Shown here: in pieces, positions 1-10,254 of the stretch
Position numbering within the stretch: the first letter of the stretch is position 1
How the letters are laid out: every line of letters starts with the position of its first letter
NCBI GenBank assembly: GCA_050246315.1
Contig: JBFWWG010000008.1
Location: 131,609-195,608 of the forward strand
Source of the DNA: Nitrospiraceae bacterium
GTDB taxonomy: Bacteria; Nitrospirota; Nitrospiria; Nitrospirales; Nitrospiraceae
DNA length: 64,000 bases
Direction: 5' to 3'
Position numbers and translations under genes: made by a program
The notes under the pieces: generated by a model
The model's input: the letters and a program-made list of their open reading frames with translations, nothing else
Told to the model about the DNA's origin: nothing
Databases searched by the model: none

Positions 1-400
1 AAAACAGCAACAGAACGGCGAAACTGACGCCCGCGTGAAACAACGCCGAGCCGAGCGTGACCCAAGGTAGAATCTCGAGCGGAAACACAACTTTCTTCAC
101 ATAGTTCACATTGTTCAATATCAAGCCCGGTGCCCGGTTGGCGCACTCGGCAAACAACCCATGGATGATCATGCCGGCGAACAGGACGACGGCAAACTCG
201 CTCTGACTGTCCGATTCCCCACCCCAGCGAGCTCGGAACACGACGGTGAATACAAAGGTGTAGACGGCCAGCATGAGCACCGGATTCAAAAACGACCACA
301 TCAACCCCATCACCGATCCGCGATAGCGCCCGATGACTTCGCGTTTCGTCAGTTGCCAGATCAAGAATCTGTGGCGCCAAAGACTCGAAACAAGATTCAT
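1..400 (-). CDS. wzm: O-antigen/polysaccharide ABC transporter permease (Wzm), 3' end outside window
   Basis: Not in the ORF track. Manual translation from ATG at 400: MNLVSSLWRHRFLIWQLTKREVIGRYRGSVMGLMWSFLNPVLMLAVYTFVF...NYVKKVVFPLEILP, the typical Wzm N-terminus. Confidence 0.9.
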   Translation of the reverse strand, partial: MNLVSSLWRHRFLIWQLTKREVIGRYRGSVMGLMWSFLNPVLMLAVYTFVFTVVFRARWGGESDSQSEFAVVLFAGMIIHGLFAECANRAPGLILNNVNYVKKVVFPLEILPWVTLGSALFHAGVSFAVLLLF

Positions 401-553
401 GGTTGAAGCGAGCTCTGAGGCTGTGGCGGCCTAACAACCGCGTGTTTGCTTCAAGGGCGCTCCGCCGGCTCGTGCCGGTGGAGGCGTCATCGCTACCCTG
501 CCGCACATTCGTCCCTGAAGGACTGATCGGCCCTTCCAACGCCTCGCCGGTGT

Positions 554-1693
554 CTATTCCCGGTAGAACCGGCGGACGGCCTGGACGACGGCCTCTTGCT
601 GGTCGGCCGTCAAGCCCTGGTAAATCGGCAAGGCAAGCGTCTCTTTCGCAGCCCGTTCAGATTCAGGAAAATCGCCTTCCTTGTACCCTAGGAATCGGAA
701 GCATTCTTGCAGGTGGAAGGGCACGGGATAGTAGATCTCGCTGCCGATCCCCTGCTGGGTCAGATGGGCCATCAATTGGTCCCGCCGCGGCGCACGAATC
801 ACGAACTGGTTGTAGATGTGGTGATGCTTATGACCGGCTCGCTGGTATCGCGCTTCGGGAAGCCCGATGCCCGGCTGGTCCGTGAGTCCCGCGTCACGGA
901 AGAGCGCACGGTAACGTGCCGCGTTCTCTTGGCGTTTCCTGGTCCATTCATCTAGGTAGTTTAACTTGACATTCAGGACAGCCGCCTGGATGCTGTCGAG
1001 CCGGAAATTACCACCGATCCACTTGTGATAGTACTTCGGCTTACTCCCATGGACGCGGAATACGCGAATCCGTTCGGCCAGATCGAGGTCATTCGTCACG
1101 ACCATACCGCCGTCGCCCATGGCGCCGAGGTTCTTGCTGGGGAAAAACGAGAAGCACCCGACGGTCCCGATGCTCCCGGCTCGCCGACCGTCCACATAGT
1201 CCGATCCGATCGCCTGCGCCGCGTCCTCGATGACATGCAGCCCCCGCGGCCTCGCGCATGACAAGATGGGAGCCATCTCCGCGCATTGGCCGTACAGGTG
1301 GACCGGCATGATCGCCTTCGTCTTCGGCGAGATGGCCCGTTCGATCCTTGACGGATCGATGTTGTAGGTCCCCGGATCGATATCGACAAAGACCGGACGT
1401 GCCCCCACTCGGACGATGGCGCCGGCCGTGGCGAAAAACGAATAGGGACTGGTGATCACCTCATCTCCGGGTCCGATGTCGAGCGCCATCAACGCCACCA
1501 ACAGCGCATCCGTCCCCGAGGATACGCCGATACTCGCAGAGGCTTGCGAATAGGCGGCGATCCGTTCTTCCAGCTTCGTGACATCCGGTCCAAGAATGAA
1601 TGCTTGACTGGACAGCACTCGTTCGATGGCCTCCAGCAATTCCTTGTGAATCGGCTGATGTTGAACGTTAAGATCGAGCAAGGGAATGGTCAT
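554..1693 (-). CDS. DegT/DnrJ/EryC1/StrS PLP-dependent sugar aminotransferase
   Basis: Motifs [32 protein letters not shown] (PLP lysine). Start placed at MTIPLLDL (ATG 1693, GGAG upstream). Confidence 0.9.
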   Translation of the reverse strand: MTIPLLDLNVQHQPIHKELLEAIERVLSSQAFILGPDVTKLEERIAAYSQASASIGVSSGTDALLVALMALDIGPGDEVITSPYSFFATAGAIVRVGARPVFVDIDPGTYNIDPSRIERAISPKTKAIMPVHLYGQCAEMAPILSCARPRGLHVIEDAAQAIGSDYVDGRRAGSIGTVGCFSFFPSKNLGAMGDGGMVVTNDLDLAERIRVFRVHGSKPKYYHKWIGGNFRLDSIQAAVLNVKLNYLDEWTRKRQENAARYRALFRDAGLTDQPGIGLPEARYQRAGHKHHHIYNQFVIRAPRRDQLMAHLTQQGIGSEIYYPVPFHLQECFRFLGYKEGDFPESERAAKETLALPIYQGLTADQQEAVVQAVRRFYRE

Positions 1694-1886
1694 CAAGGCT
1701 CTCCGTTCTTCACGTGGACTCACGCGACGAGATGGTCCTGCAGCGTGGCCGATTCGGCCCCACCCCTCCTCATTGACAGCGACTGATGAATGAACGCCGT
1801 CCATGACGCTCGAGCGCCGCGAGCGCCGGCACTGACGGGTGGTGGTCGCGAGGATCTGATTTCACTCAAACTGGAGGAATCACTCA

Positions 1887-2053
1887 CAGGATACCGAAGA
1901 AGTCCGCCAGCCGGGTACCCGCCTGGCGGGTGATCGCATCGCTCAGAGGTTCACTGTTTTGAACCCGTTGGATGAGGAAGAACAACAGGTACCCCGAGCC
2001 TGCCTCACCTCTTCGCTCACTGCGGCCTTGCTGAACGGCCTTCTTGATATCCG
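1887..2053. mobile_element. MITE/REP-like element with imperfect terminal inverted repeats
   Basis: Left end caggataccgaagaagtccgccagc (1887-1911) versus reverse complement of right end cggatatcaagaaggccgttcagc (2030-2053). Intergenic, with internal hairpins. Confidence 0.6.
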
Positions 2054-2225
2054 ATCGATGTCCGTGACGATATCGGGGGTCGAAAAGAGCGCTTTCGCAG
2101 CCGGCTACGTTCGCACTCGGGGCACCGGCATCGACCCGTTTTTCTATTGTGACGAAGTATTGATCGCGTTGTCCAGTCGCATCTGCGGGGCCGGATTGAG
2201 GTTGAAGCCTGTCACCCCAGCCGGC

Positions 2226-3500
2226 TCATCCACGCCCTGGAATGGGAGAGTCCTGAGGACTCGCAAGGAGCCGCTCATCCCGAGCCTGAGCCTCCACACA
2301 GAACAATGCGGTCGCGATCAGAATCCAAAACAGATTGGCGAGGCTCCCGATGAACATGTAGTCGAACAGATTCCTCACGGTGAATCCGACCACCATCAGG
2401 GCGGCCCCGAAAGGGACCAGCCGGGAATCCGCATCGGAGAGCGACCGGTGCTCCTTGATCGATCGAGTCAGGATCAGGAAAATCCGGAGTAACAGCCACC
2501 CGAAGAGCAGGAGGGCCGGCAGGCCGCTGCCCAGCCCCATCACGACGAAGGTGCTATGGGGCCCATAGGCTTTCTCCAGTTCAGGCTGGCCGGCATAGCG
2601 CTTCACAAAATTGTAATTGCCGTAGCCGACTCCCACAAGCGGGTGGTGCCAGAGATCCGCCGCCGCCAGCTTCCATACGGCCACTCTGACCTCTAAAGTC
2701 CAGAGGTCCGCCGTGCTTCGCTGAAATCCCAGGTCCGAGGCGACGACGAAGCCGAATCCGATCGCCGTGAAGGCCAGGATCAATCCAACCAACAGCCAGC
2801 GCCGCCCGGAAAGCCACGCGCCCGCCAGGCCTTCAGCGGCCAGGCCAAGCCATCCGGCTCTCGTGTAGGCGGCGAATTCCGCGAGCAAGGCCAGGACGGC
2901 AACTCCTAACGAGAGGCCTTTCATCCATCGACTCCGCAGCGTAGCAGCCGCCGCCAGCACGAGCGGAATCGCCATGATCATGTACGTGCTCAGCCAATTG
3001 TAATCCGAGCCAAACGCACCGGCTCGAATAAATCGGTCTCGCCAGGTCCCTCCCTGGAGCATAAATTCCACGACGGCATAGCCGGCGCTCACCAACGTGC
3101 CGAGCAACACCGCGTGCATCACATGCCTCACCGGACGGGTGTCCGGGCGCGCCCGGAAGACGGCCGTCGCCCAATAGAACACCAGCGCCTGGGCGACCAG
3201 CTTACGCCATTCCCGAAAGCTGTAGTCCGGATCGATCGAGAACGGGACGGTGAGTAGAATCCATCCGAGAAGCAGCAACAGCGGCAGGTCGAGCGGCGTC
3301 CGAATCCAAACCGGCGCGCCCTCCTTCCAACGCATCGCCACCGCGATCAGCAGGAGAGAAAAAAACAAATACCGCGCGGGACCATGCGCCGGCGGAAAGA
3401 AATTCAAGAAGGTGAGGACGGCAAGACCGACGCCCTGGACCGCCCACAGCCATTGCCGCCACGGCAGTTCCGCGTGCGTCACGACCGAGCTGGAAGTCAT
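2226..3500 (-). CDS. O-antigen ligase family (WaaL/Wzy_C) membrane protein
   Basis: Many hydrophobic segments. Motifs YTRAGWLG, R..VWK, HPLVGVGYGNY, GPHS. LPS cluster context. Confidence 0.8.
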   Translation of the reverse strand: MTSSSVVTHAELPWRQWLWAVQGVGLAVLTFLNFFPPAHGPARYLFFSLLLIAVAMRWKEGAPVWIRTPLDLPLLLLLGWILLTVPFSIDPDYSFREWRKLVAQALVFYWATAVFRARPDTRPVRHVMHAVLLGTLVSAGYAVVEFMLQGGTWRDRFIRAGAFGSDYNWLSTYMIMAIPLVLAAAATLRSRWMKGLSLGVAVLALLAEFAAYTRAGWLGLAAEGLAGAWLSGRRWLLVGLILAFTAIGFGFVVASDLGFQRSTADLWTLEVRVAVWKLAAADLWHHPLVGVGYGNYNFVKRYAGQPELEKAYGPHSTFVVMGLGSGLPALLLFGWLLLRIFLILTRSIKEHRSLSDADSRLVPFGAALMVVGFTVRNLFDYMFIGSLANLFWILIATALFCVEAQARDERLLASPQDSPIPGRG

Positions 3501-3623
3501 TTCAAAACCCTCCGTTCACCCTTCGACCGGCTCAGGGCGAACGGATCTGTTCATGAAAACAGGATATTCCTCCGTTCGTGCTGAGCTTGTCAAAGCACGG
3601 TCATGGGGCTTGGAAATGACTCC
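3492..3623. mobile_element. MITE/REP-like palindromic element, copy A
   Basis: TIR ggaagtcatttcaaaaccc (3492-3510) versus reverse complement of ggggcttggaaatgactcc (3605-3623), then CTAG. Internal core ccgttcacccttcgaccggctcagggcgaacgg...ccgttcgtgctgag recurs at 63817-63898. Confidence 0.65.
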
Positions 3624-3631
3624 TAGGCATT

Positions 3632-4489
3632 TCATGTGATCATCTGACTCCTGACAGTCGATTCGTGCAACAGCACGTACTCGTCCACCATCTCCCTCCA
3701 CCCGCGCATCGAGATGCCTTGCGCCGAGAGACGCTCGCTTGCCAGAGCGGTATTGGACGGCCGCATGGCGGGCCGATGCAAATCGGCGAACGTGATCGGT
3801 TCCAGTGGATGCAGACACCCTGCCGACTTCAGAATCTGCTCCGCATACTCAAGCCAATTGCAGGAGCCGGTCCCCGCCGCGTGATAGATCCCCGTGGCCT
3901 TCCGCTCGGCCAATCGAAGGATGGCGCCCACCAGGTCCTTGGCTGAGGTTGGACTGCCATATTTGTCGATCACGGCCCGTATCGGCTCCCCTTGCCGCAC
4001 CCGATTCACCACCATCGAGATGAAGTGATTCTTTCCGAGGCCGAATACCCAGGCCGTCCGCACCACACAGACTCGGTCCGTTTCTCTTAGAGCGGCCTGT
4101 TCACCGGCCAGCTTGGAATGGCCGTAGACATTGATCGGATTTGGCTGATCAGACTCAACGTACGGGGCGCCCTTGGTCCCGTCGAACACATAGTCGGTGG
4201 AGATGGCCACAAGCGCGGCTCCGGCCTGTGCCGCCCCCCTCGCAACCAGTCGGGTTCCTTCCTCATTCACGCGATAGGCGGCGTCAGGCTCTCGCTCGCA
4301 CGCATCGACGTCGGTCATTGCGGCGGCATGGATGACGAGATCGGGCCGTTCACGGACGATGGTCTCGACGATCCGCTTGTCCGAGACGTCGTCGGTCGCA
4401 TGGGTCGCCAGGTACAGCGGTTCGCGATTCAAGACCCGCGCGACCTCTCTCCCCACCTGTCCGTTGGCGCCCGTCACAAACACGCGCAT
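3632..4489 (-). CDS. rfbD: dTDP-4-dehydrorhamnose reductase
   Basis: TGANGQVG, AAAMTDVD, ISTDYVFDG, YGHSK motifs. Confidence 0.92.
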   Translation of the reverse strand: MRVFVTGANGQVGREVARVLNREPLYLATHATDDVSDKRIVETIVRERPDLVIHAAAMTDVDACEREPDAAYRVNEEGTRLVARGAAQAGAALVAISTDYVFDGTKGAPYVESDQPNPINVYGHSKLAGEQAALRETDRVCVVRTAWVFGLGKNHFISMVVNRVRQGEPIRAVIDKYGSPTSAKDLVGAILRLAERKATGIYHAAGTGSCNWLEYAEQILKSAGCLHPLEPITFADLHRPAMRPSNTALASERLSAQGISMRGWREMVDEYVLLHESTVRSQMIT

Positions 4490-4542
4490 CGCGCCGGCCT
4501 TCGTTCATTTCTCACTGCGCCTTCCTGATCTCGCATACCTTA

Positions 4543-5529
4543 CTATTTCCCATTCCCGCCCGCAAAATGCTTGAGGTCCGCCTCGACCATTTCCGCCACC
4601 AGATCCGTGAAGGAGATCTTGGGCGTCCACCCGAGCTCCCGTCTGGCTTTGGTCGCATCCCCCAACAACGTTTCGACCTCAGCCGGCCGCAGCAGTTGCG
4701 GATCGACCGTGACATGGTCTCGATACTCCAGTCCCAGGCACGAGAACGCCACCTCCGCAAACTCCCGGACCGTATGCTGTTCGCCGGTTGCAATGACATA
4801 GTCCTCCGCCTGCGGCTGCTGCAACATCATCCACATGGCCCGCACATATTCGCGCGCGTGGCCCCAGTCGCGCCTGGATTCCAGATTTCCGAGCTTCAAT
4901 TCCTTGATCAACCCCAGCTTGATCCTCGCCGCGTGGGAGGTGATCTTTCTCGTGACAAACTCAAAGCCGCGGCGAGGCGATTCGTGATTATACAGAATGC
5001 CGCAGGAGGCTCGAATCCCATAGGCCTCACGGTAATTTCTGGTCAAGTCGAACCCGGCGACTTTGGAGATCCCGTAGGCCGAACGGGGATGGAATCGGGT
5101 CGTTTCCCTCTGCGGCACCTCGGCCACCTTGCCGAACATCTCGCTGGAGGCGGCGAAATAAAGCCGACAGGAAGGCGCACAGTCCTTGAGCGCCGCCAGC
5201 ACGTAGTGAGTGCCATTGATGTTGGCATTCAACGTCGAAAATTCGTCCTCGAACGAATAGGACACAAAGCTCTGCGCGGCCAGGTGGTAGCACTCATCCG
5301 GCTTCACCGCCTGAAACACCCGATAGATGCTCGGCAAGCTTTCCAGAGAGGCCGCGTGGAGATGCAGGCGGTCCTTGATCGCCAGGATGCGCCACAATCG
5401 GTGGGCCGGATCTTCGATAGCGATCCGCCTCACAATCCCATGCACTTCGTAGCCCTGCTCGAGTAGGAACTCGGCCAGATACGAACCATCCTGTCCGGTG
5501 ATGCCTGTGATGAGCGCGCGTTTTGTCAT
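4543..5529 (-). CDS. gmd: GDP-mannose 4,6-dehydratase
   Basis: ALITGITGQDGSYLAE, LAAQSFV, NHESPRRG, FVTRKI, RDWGHA motifs. Confidence 0.95.
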   Translation of the reverse strand: MTKRALITGITGQDGSYLAEFLLEQGYEVHGIVRRIAIEDPAHRLWRILAIKDRLHLHAASLESLPSIYRVFQAVKPDECYHLAAQSFVSYSFEDEFSTLNANINGTHYVLAALKDCAPSCRLYFAASSEMFGKVAEVPQRETTRFHPRSAYGISKVAGFDLTRNYREAYGIRASCGILYNHESPRRGFEFVTRKITSHAARIKLGLIKELKLGNLESRRDWGHAREYVRAMWMMLQQPQAEDYVIATGEQHTVREFAEVAFSCLGLEYRDHVTVDPQLLRPAEVETLLGDATKARRELGWTPKISFTDLVAEMVEADLKHFAGGNGK

Positions 5530-5550
5530 GATATCCTCATCAACCTTTTG

Positions 5551-6390
5551 TCATCCTCGAAATCCCTTTTGCATCACCGTCCGATAAAATAGCGGACTGA
5601 GCCAACGATTGCGGAAGGGGCGAAGTCGGCGGGCGGCCTGAATGCGTGGCGCCATCACCTTCGGATGGCTCCCGGAAAAGTTCTTCAACATGCCGTAGTC
5701 CGGAAACTCCGCATCCATGGCGGCCCAGGCGTCGATCCGCTCCTCGGTCAGCCGGTCGCCCTCGTGGCGACGGATCTGGTATCGCCGCTTCTCACGCAAT
5801 GCGTCAGGATTTCTGGCATAGCCGTAGTGAAAGATGCGGGCTTTGATCAGTTTGCCGAGCGCGCCGTTCTTGATCACGCCCGGCACCCCCGGCACTTCGA
5901 AGTCGAATCCATCGATCGCCGACTTCACGCGCCCGTCCGTGCGGACGATTCGGGTGGCTCGGTGGTACATCCAGGGGTCAAGCGACCAATAATCACCTTT
6001 GAAGTGCAGGACCCGAAACACCAGGGCCAAGACCTCCTGTTGCGGCAGGTACTGTTCCATCGCTCGCCAAATCACCGGCAGTTCGTCCTCATGCACGACC
6101 TCATCCCCTTGGAGCAAGAACGCCCAATCGCCGGTGCAATGGGACAGTGCGATATCCTGTTGAACCCCGAAGAGCTTGCCGTCCGTGCGCAAGCTGTCGT
6201 CCCAGACGGTTTCGACGATCTTGATCTTCGGCGAGTTGATCGATCGAATGAGATTCAGCGTGTCATCCTCCGATCGTCCGACATTCACGACATATTCATC
6301 TACCATGGGCAGGATGGACGCAATCGACTCCAAGACGGGGAAGTCGAATTGAACGGCGTTCCGGATCAGCGTGAACCCGCTGACTTTCAT
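5551..6390 (-). CDS. Glycosyltransferase family 2 (paralog of 18453-19298)
   Basis: MKVSGFTLIRNA...CTGDWAFLLQGDEV...IFHYGY, a GT-A fold DxD-like motif. Confidence 0.8.
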   Translation of the reverse strand: MKVSGFTLIRNAVQFDFPVLESIASILPMVDEYVVNVGRSEDDTLNLIRSINSPKIKIVETVWDDSLRTDGKLFGVQQDIALSHCTGDWAFLLQGDEVVHEDELPVIWRAMEQYLPQQEVLALVFRVLHFKGDYWSLDPWMYHRATRIVRTDGRVKSAIDGFDFEVPGVPGVIKNGALGKLIKARIFHYGYARNPDALREKRRYQIRRHEGDRLTEERIDAWAAMDAEFPDYGMLKNFSGSHPKVMAPRIQAARRLRPFRNRWLSPLFYRTVMQKGFRG

Positions 6391-7433
6391 CGCGATGCCC
6401 CATGCTCGGGCTGTAACCCGGTGCCCTGCTGAAGCCGCCGTTCATACATTTGCCGGTAGTAGGCCGCGAATTCCCCCGACTTGATCTTCCGCCACCACGA
6501 TTCGTTCGTCCGATACCAGCGCACCGTCTCCCGGAGACCCTCCTCGAAGGAGACCGACGGCTTCCAACCCAAGTCCTCCACCCGGCGGCAGGAGACGGCA
6601 TAGCGCCGGTCGTGCCCCGGACGGTCCTGCACCAGGCGAATCAATGAGTGCGGCTTCCCAAGGTGATGCAGAATGGCGCGGGCCACATCGAGATTTTCCC
6701 GCTCGTTGCCGCCGCCGAGGTTATAGACCAAACCCGGCTCTCCATGGAGGAATACGTGGTGGATGCCCCCGCAATGATCCTGCACCGAGAGCCAATCCCG
6801 CCGGTAGCGACCGTCTCCGTAGAGCGGTAGCGGCTGATCATCCAAGGCATTGGTGATGAACAGGGGAATGAACTTTTCGGGATATTGATTGGGCCCGTAG
6901 GTGTTGCTCCCTCGGGTCACGACCACCGGAAATCGATAGGTGGTCCAATAGCTCTGCACCAACAGGTCGGCCCCGGCCTTACTCGCGGAATAGGGACTCC
7001 GCGGGACCAGCGGGTCCGCCTCCGTAGAGTGCCCCTGCTCGACGCTGCCGTAGACCTCGTCGGTGCTGACCTGGAGAAACCGGCTGACGCCCGCTTGTTT
7101 CGCCTCTTCCAGTAACACCGCGGTTCCGATCACGTCGGTCCGGGTAAACGCCAGCGGGTCCGTGATGGAACGGTCCACATGTGTTTCCGCGGCGCAGTTG
7201 ATGACGCCGTCGATACGATGCTCGCGCAGCAGACGCCGCACAAGGGCGGCGTCCGCCATATCGCCGTGAACGAAGGTATAGCGCGGATGAGAGGCGACAC
7301 CGGTCAGGTTGTCGAGATTCCCCGAATACCGGAGCGCATCGAGGTTGACGACATGGTCGTCCGAGCCGTTCAGCAGCCGCCGCACGAGGTGCGAGCCGAT
7401 GAATCCGGCTCCGCCAGTCAGCAAAATGCGCAT
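6387..7433 (-). CDS. rfbB: dTDP-glucose 4,6-dehydratase
   Basis: TGGAGFIGS, AAETHVDRSI, VSTDEVYG, PYSASK, DRPGHDRRY motifs. Confidence 0.95.
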   Translation of the reverse strand: MRILLTGGAGFIGSHLVRRLLNGSDDHVVNLDALRYSGNLDNLTGVASHPRYTFVHGDMADAALVRRLLREHRIDGVINCAAETHVDRSITDPLAFTRTDVIGTAVLLEEAKQAGVSRFLQVSTDEVYGSVEQGHSTEADPLVPRSPYSASKAGADLLVQSYWTTYRFPVVVTRGSNTYGPNQYPEKFIPLFITNALDDQPLPLYGDGRYRRDWLSVQDHCGGIHHVFLHGEPGLVYNLGGGNERENLDVARAILHHLGKPHSLIRLVQDRPGHDRRYAVSCRRVEDLGWKPSVSFEEGLRETVRWYRTNESWWRKIKSGEFAAYYRQMYERRLQQGTGLQPEHGASR

Positions 7434-7454
7434 GATCGAAGTCTCCTCTCCCGA

Positions 7455-8231
7455 CTACCCATAGGCCTCGCCCGCGGCACCAACTCCTTCAGGAATCAAC
7501 CGATGAACGGCTCCGATCTTGACGGCCTGCACGATGAGGATGTCTCCGAACAACAGCTTTTCATCCAACAACAGGGCGCGGACCTGAGCCGCCTTGGGAT
7601 TGTGCTTCACCCAGCTCCTGCCCCGCGACCGGATCAGGGGCTTGAGACATTGGTGCAGGAAGGAGCCGGTCTTCGACAAGCCGTTCGTCTCGACCGCCTG
7701 AACCACAAAGCCGTTGGTCTCCAAAATATGCCGAAGTTCGATGTAACTGACCGGGTTGATATGCCAGGCGGGTCCGGTCATATAATCGAACAGGTGCGGC
7801 GCGCCGTACAGCAGATATTGGAGCCGCGAACGAATCGATGCCACATTCGGCGTCGTGACGACCAAGCTGCCACCGGTCCGCAGGACCCGATTGGCTTCCC
7901 GCACCAGCAGATAGGGATTCTCGAGATGCTCGATCCCTTCGATGCAGGTATACACATCAAAGCACCGGTCCGGATAGGGCAAGGTCCGATTGAGGTCCAC
8001 CTTGGCGCACGCCACGTCCGGGAGTTTGAACTGCTCGGGGTTCAGATCGCCGCAGGAGAGTTCCAGCCCAAGATCCAGCCGGAGCAGCGTCTGGGCAAAG
8101 GCCCCTTCGCCGGCGGGCGCGTCCAGAAACCGCTTTCCGTCCAGCGAGCTTTGGGCAGACAGGATTTCGATCACCTTCTCGAAGATTCCCGGCGCGCTGA
8201 TCTGTCGTATATCGCCCTGATCCCGCTCCAT
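7455..8231 (-). CDS. Class I SAM-dependent methyltransferase
   Basis: FLDAPAGEG motif I, IEGIEHLENP, RVLRTGGSLVVTTPN. Start uncertain (ATG 8231 chosen). Confidence 0.8.
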   Translation of the reverse strand: MERDQGDIRQISAPGIFEKVIEILSAQSSLDGKRFLDAPAGEGAFAQTLLRLDLGLELSCGDLNPEQFKLPDVACAKVDLNRTLPYPDRCFDVYTCIEGIEHLENPYLLVREANRVLRTGGSLVVTTPNVASIRSRLQYLLYGAPHLFDYMTGPAWHINPVSYIELRHILETNGFVVQAVETNGLSKTGSFLHQCLKPLIRSRGRSWVKHNPKAAQVRALLLDEKLLFGDILIVQAVKIGAVHRLIPEGVGAAGEAYG

Positions 8232-8320
8232 GTTCCGAATACCTAGCGCGCCGTATTCATGACGGTTCGTGACGAAATTGTGGAGTCGCTGCGCGCTAGC
8301 CTGCGCCGTGCCGCGACCGG

Positions 8321-9052
8321 TTATCCCAACTTGTTCGCGCCGGTTTGAGCCACAAACTGGTTCGCCAGGAACAGCGATTCGATCGTCCCGGCGTCGGTCC
8401 ACCATCCTTCCAGTTTGTCCCAGGTCAACTCGTTCCGCTGGATATAGGCGTTGTTCACATCCGTGATCTCCAGCTCTCCCCGCCCCGACGGTTTGAGCGT
8501 CTTGATGATCTCGAACACCTGCCCATCGTAAAAATAGATCCCGGTCACGGCGTAGGGAGAAGCCGGCTGTCTCGGCTTCTCATCGATTCGGAGCACCTTG
8601 CCGCCGTCCAGCGCCGGTACGCCGAATCGCTGGGGATCTTTGACCTCTTTGAGCAGGATCTTGGCGCCGGTGCGTTGGGCGCGGAAGCCGTCCGCTGCCT
8701 TCAGAATGTTTCGCTCGATGATATTGTCTCCCAGGACAACGCAGACCGGGTCCTGATCGGCAAAGTGTTCGGCCAGGCGCAAGGCATCGGCAATGCCGCC
8801 TTCGCCTTCCTGATAGGTGTAGTCCAGATGACGGAGGCCGAACTGCTTTCCGTTTCCCAACAGCCGCAGAAAGTCTCCCGCGTTGTTCCCGCCCGTCACC
8901 AGTATGATCTCGTTGATGCCGGCGTTCACGAGGGTTTGGATCGGATAATAGATCATCGGCCGGTCATAGACCGGAAGCAGATGCTTATTGGTGACCTTGG
9001 TCAACGGCAGCAGCCTGGTTCCCAATCCTCCGGCAAGGACAACGCCTTTCAT
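8321..9052 (-). CDS. rfbA: Glucose-1-phosphate thymidylyltransferase (short RmlA/SpsI type)
   Basis: MKGVVLAGGLGTRLLPLT..TNKHLLPVYDRPMIYYP, PSGRGELEITDVN, WWTDAGT. Confidence 0.9.
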   Translation of the reverse strand: MKGVVLAGGLGTRLLPLTKVTNKHLLPVYDRPMIYYPIQTLVNAGINEIILVTGGNNAGDFLRLLGNGKQFGLRHLDYTYQEGEGGIADALRLAEHFADQDPVCVVLGDNIIERNILKAADGFRAQRTGAKILLKEVKDPQRFGVPALDGGKVLRIDEKPRQPASPYAVTGIYFYDGQVFEIIKTLKPSGRGELEITDVNNAYIQRNELTWDKLEGWWTDAGTIESLFLANQFVAQTGANKLG

Positions 9053-9131
9053 CTTCTCACTCCTCGAGGTCCATGCTGAGCCTCGGATAATAGAACCATG
9101 TCACGATTCGCACGGAGCCCGCACCCATGGC

Positions 9132-10226
9132 TTACGCCTGAGCCGCTACTTTCCGATATACGTCGACCATCCGGCGGGCCGTCTCGTCCCACGAAAATTG
9201 CCTCGCCCTGACAAGGCCGCGATTCCGGAGTTCCTGCCACCGGTCTTCATCGCTCAGCAAGCCAAGTATTTCCCGACTCAGGCCGTCCACGTCGTCGGGC
9301 TCCACCAAAACTCCCGCATCACCCACCACCTCCGGCAAGGAAGAGGCATTGGATGAGATCACGGGACAGCCGCAGGCCATGGCTTCCAATACAGGCAAGC
9401 CAAACCCTTCGTAGCGCGAGGGAAACACGAACAGCCGTGCCTGCTGATACAGTCGCACCAGCCGTTCTTCCGACACAGGTCCGGGAAAAACGACGCGATC
9501 GGCCAAACCCATCCGGTTGACGCGGTCTACCAGACCGGCTTGCTTTCGCACGTCTCCCGCAAGCAGGAGGTCGTACCGCTCGCGGACCGTTCCCGGCAGG
9601 CGGCGGTACGCCTCGATGAGCATCTCGACGTTTTTCGCCGGATCGTTCCCCGCCACGCACAGCACATACGGCTTCGCGCATTCGCCGTCCTCTCGCCCCG
9701 AGGCCGGAGCAAACCGTTGTGTCTCCACGCCCGGATAGACGACCGTCACACGGTCCTCCGTGAGCGGAAGCAGGCGAAGGATGTCGCGCTGCGAGCAGAG
9801 AGAATCGGTCACCACATGGTCGAGACGGCTCCATCGATCCCCGACCACCGCAGAGAGCACCCGCTCGTTGAGACGCATCCGTGGACGATGGTGATTCAGA
9901 ACCAGCGGCTTCACGTCGTGGATCGTCGCAACGAACTTTCCACGCTTCCATGCGATACAGGAATCATAGGGAAAATGCAACACGTCATAGCCACCCGCCG
10001 ACAGAGGCGCGACCTGTTCCCACACGCGCCGCCGGAAGTACGGAATACGGACCGTGCGGTGGACGATATTGGGACGCGGAGAGAAGGTACAGGCTGCAGG
10101 CGGCGTCAACACCAGATAGTCATGCTCCCGATCGACGCGGCCGATGGCTTCGATCAGCTCCCGCGCGTAGCGGCCCAACCCGACGTTGAAGTCCCTCACA
10201 TGCCATGCGGCGATGACGATCTTCAT
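9132..10226 (-). CDS. Glycosyltransferase family 4
   Basis: [25 protein letters not shown] motif. Confidence 0.9.
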   Translation of the reverse strand: MKIVIAAWHVRDFNVGLGRYARELIEAIGRVDREHDYLVLTPPAACTFSPRPNIVHRTVRIPYFRRRVWEQVAPLSAGGYDVLHFPYDSCIAWKRGKFVATIHDVKPLVLNHHRPRMRLNERVLSAVVGDRWSRLDHVVTDSLCSQRDILRLLPLTEDRVTVVYPGVETQRFAPASGREDGECAKPYVLCVAGNDPAKNVEMLIEAYRRLPGTVRERYDLLLAGDVRKQAGLVDRVNRMGLADRVVFPGPVSEERLVRLYQQARLFVFPSRYEGFGLPVLEAMACGCPVISSNASSLPEVVGDAGVLVEPDDVDGLSREILGLLSDEDRWQELRNRGLVRARQFSWDETARRMVDVYRKVAAQA

Positions 10227-10254
10227 AACGGAGAATCATCCGCGGCAAGACCGG

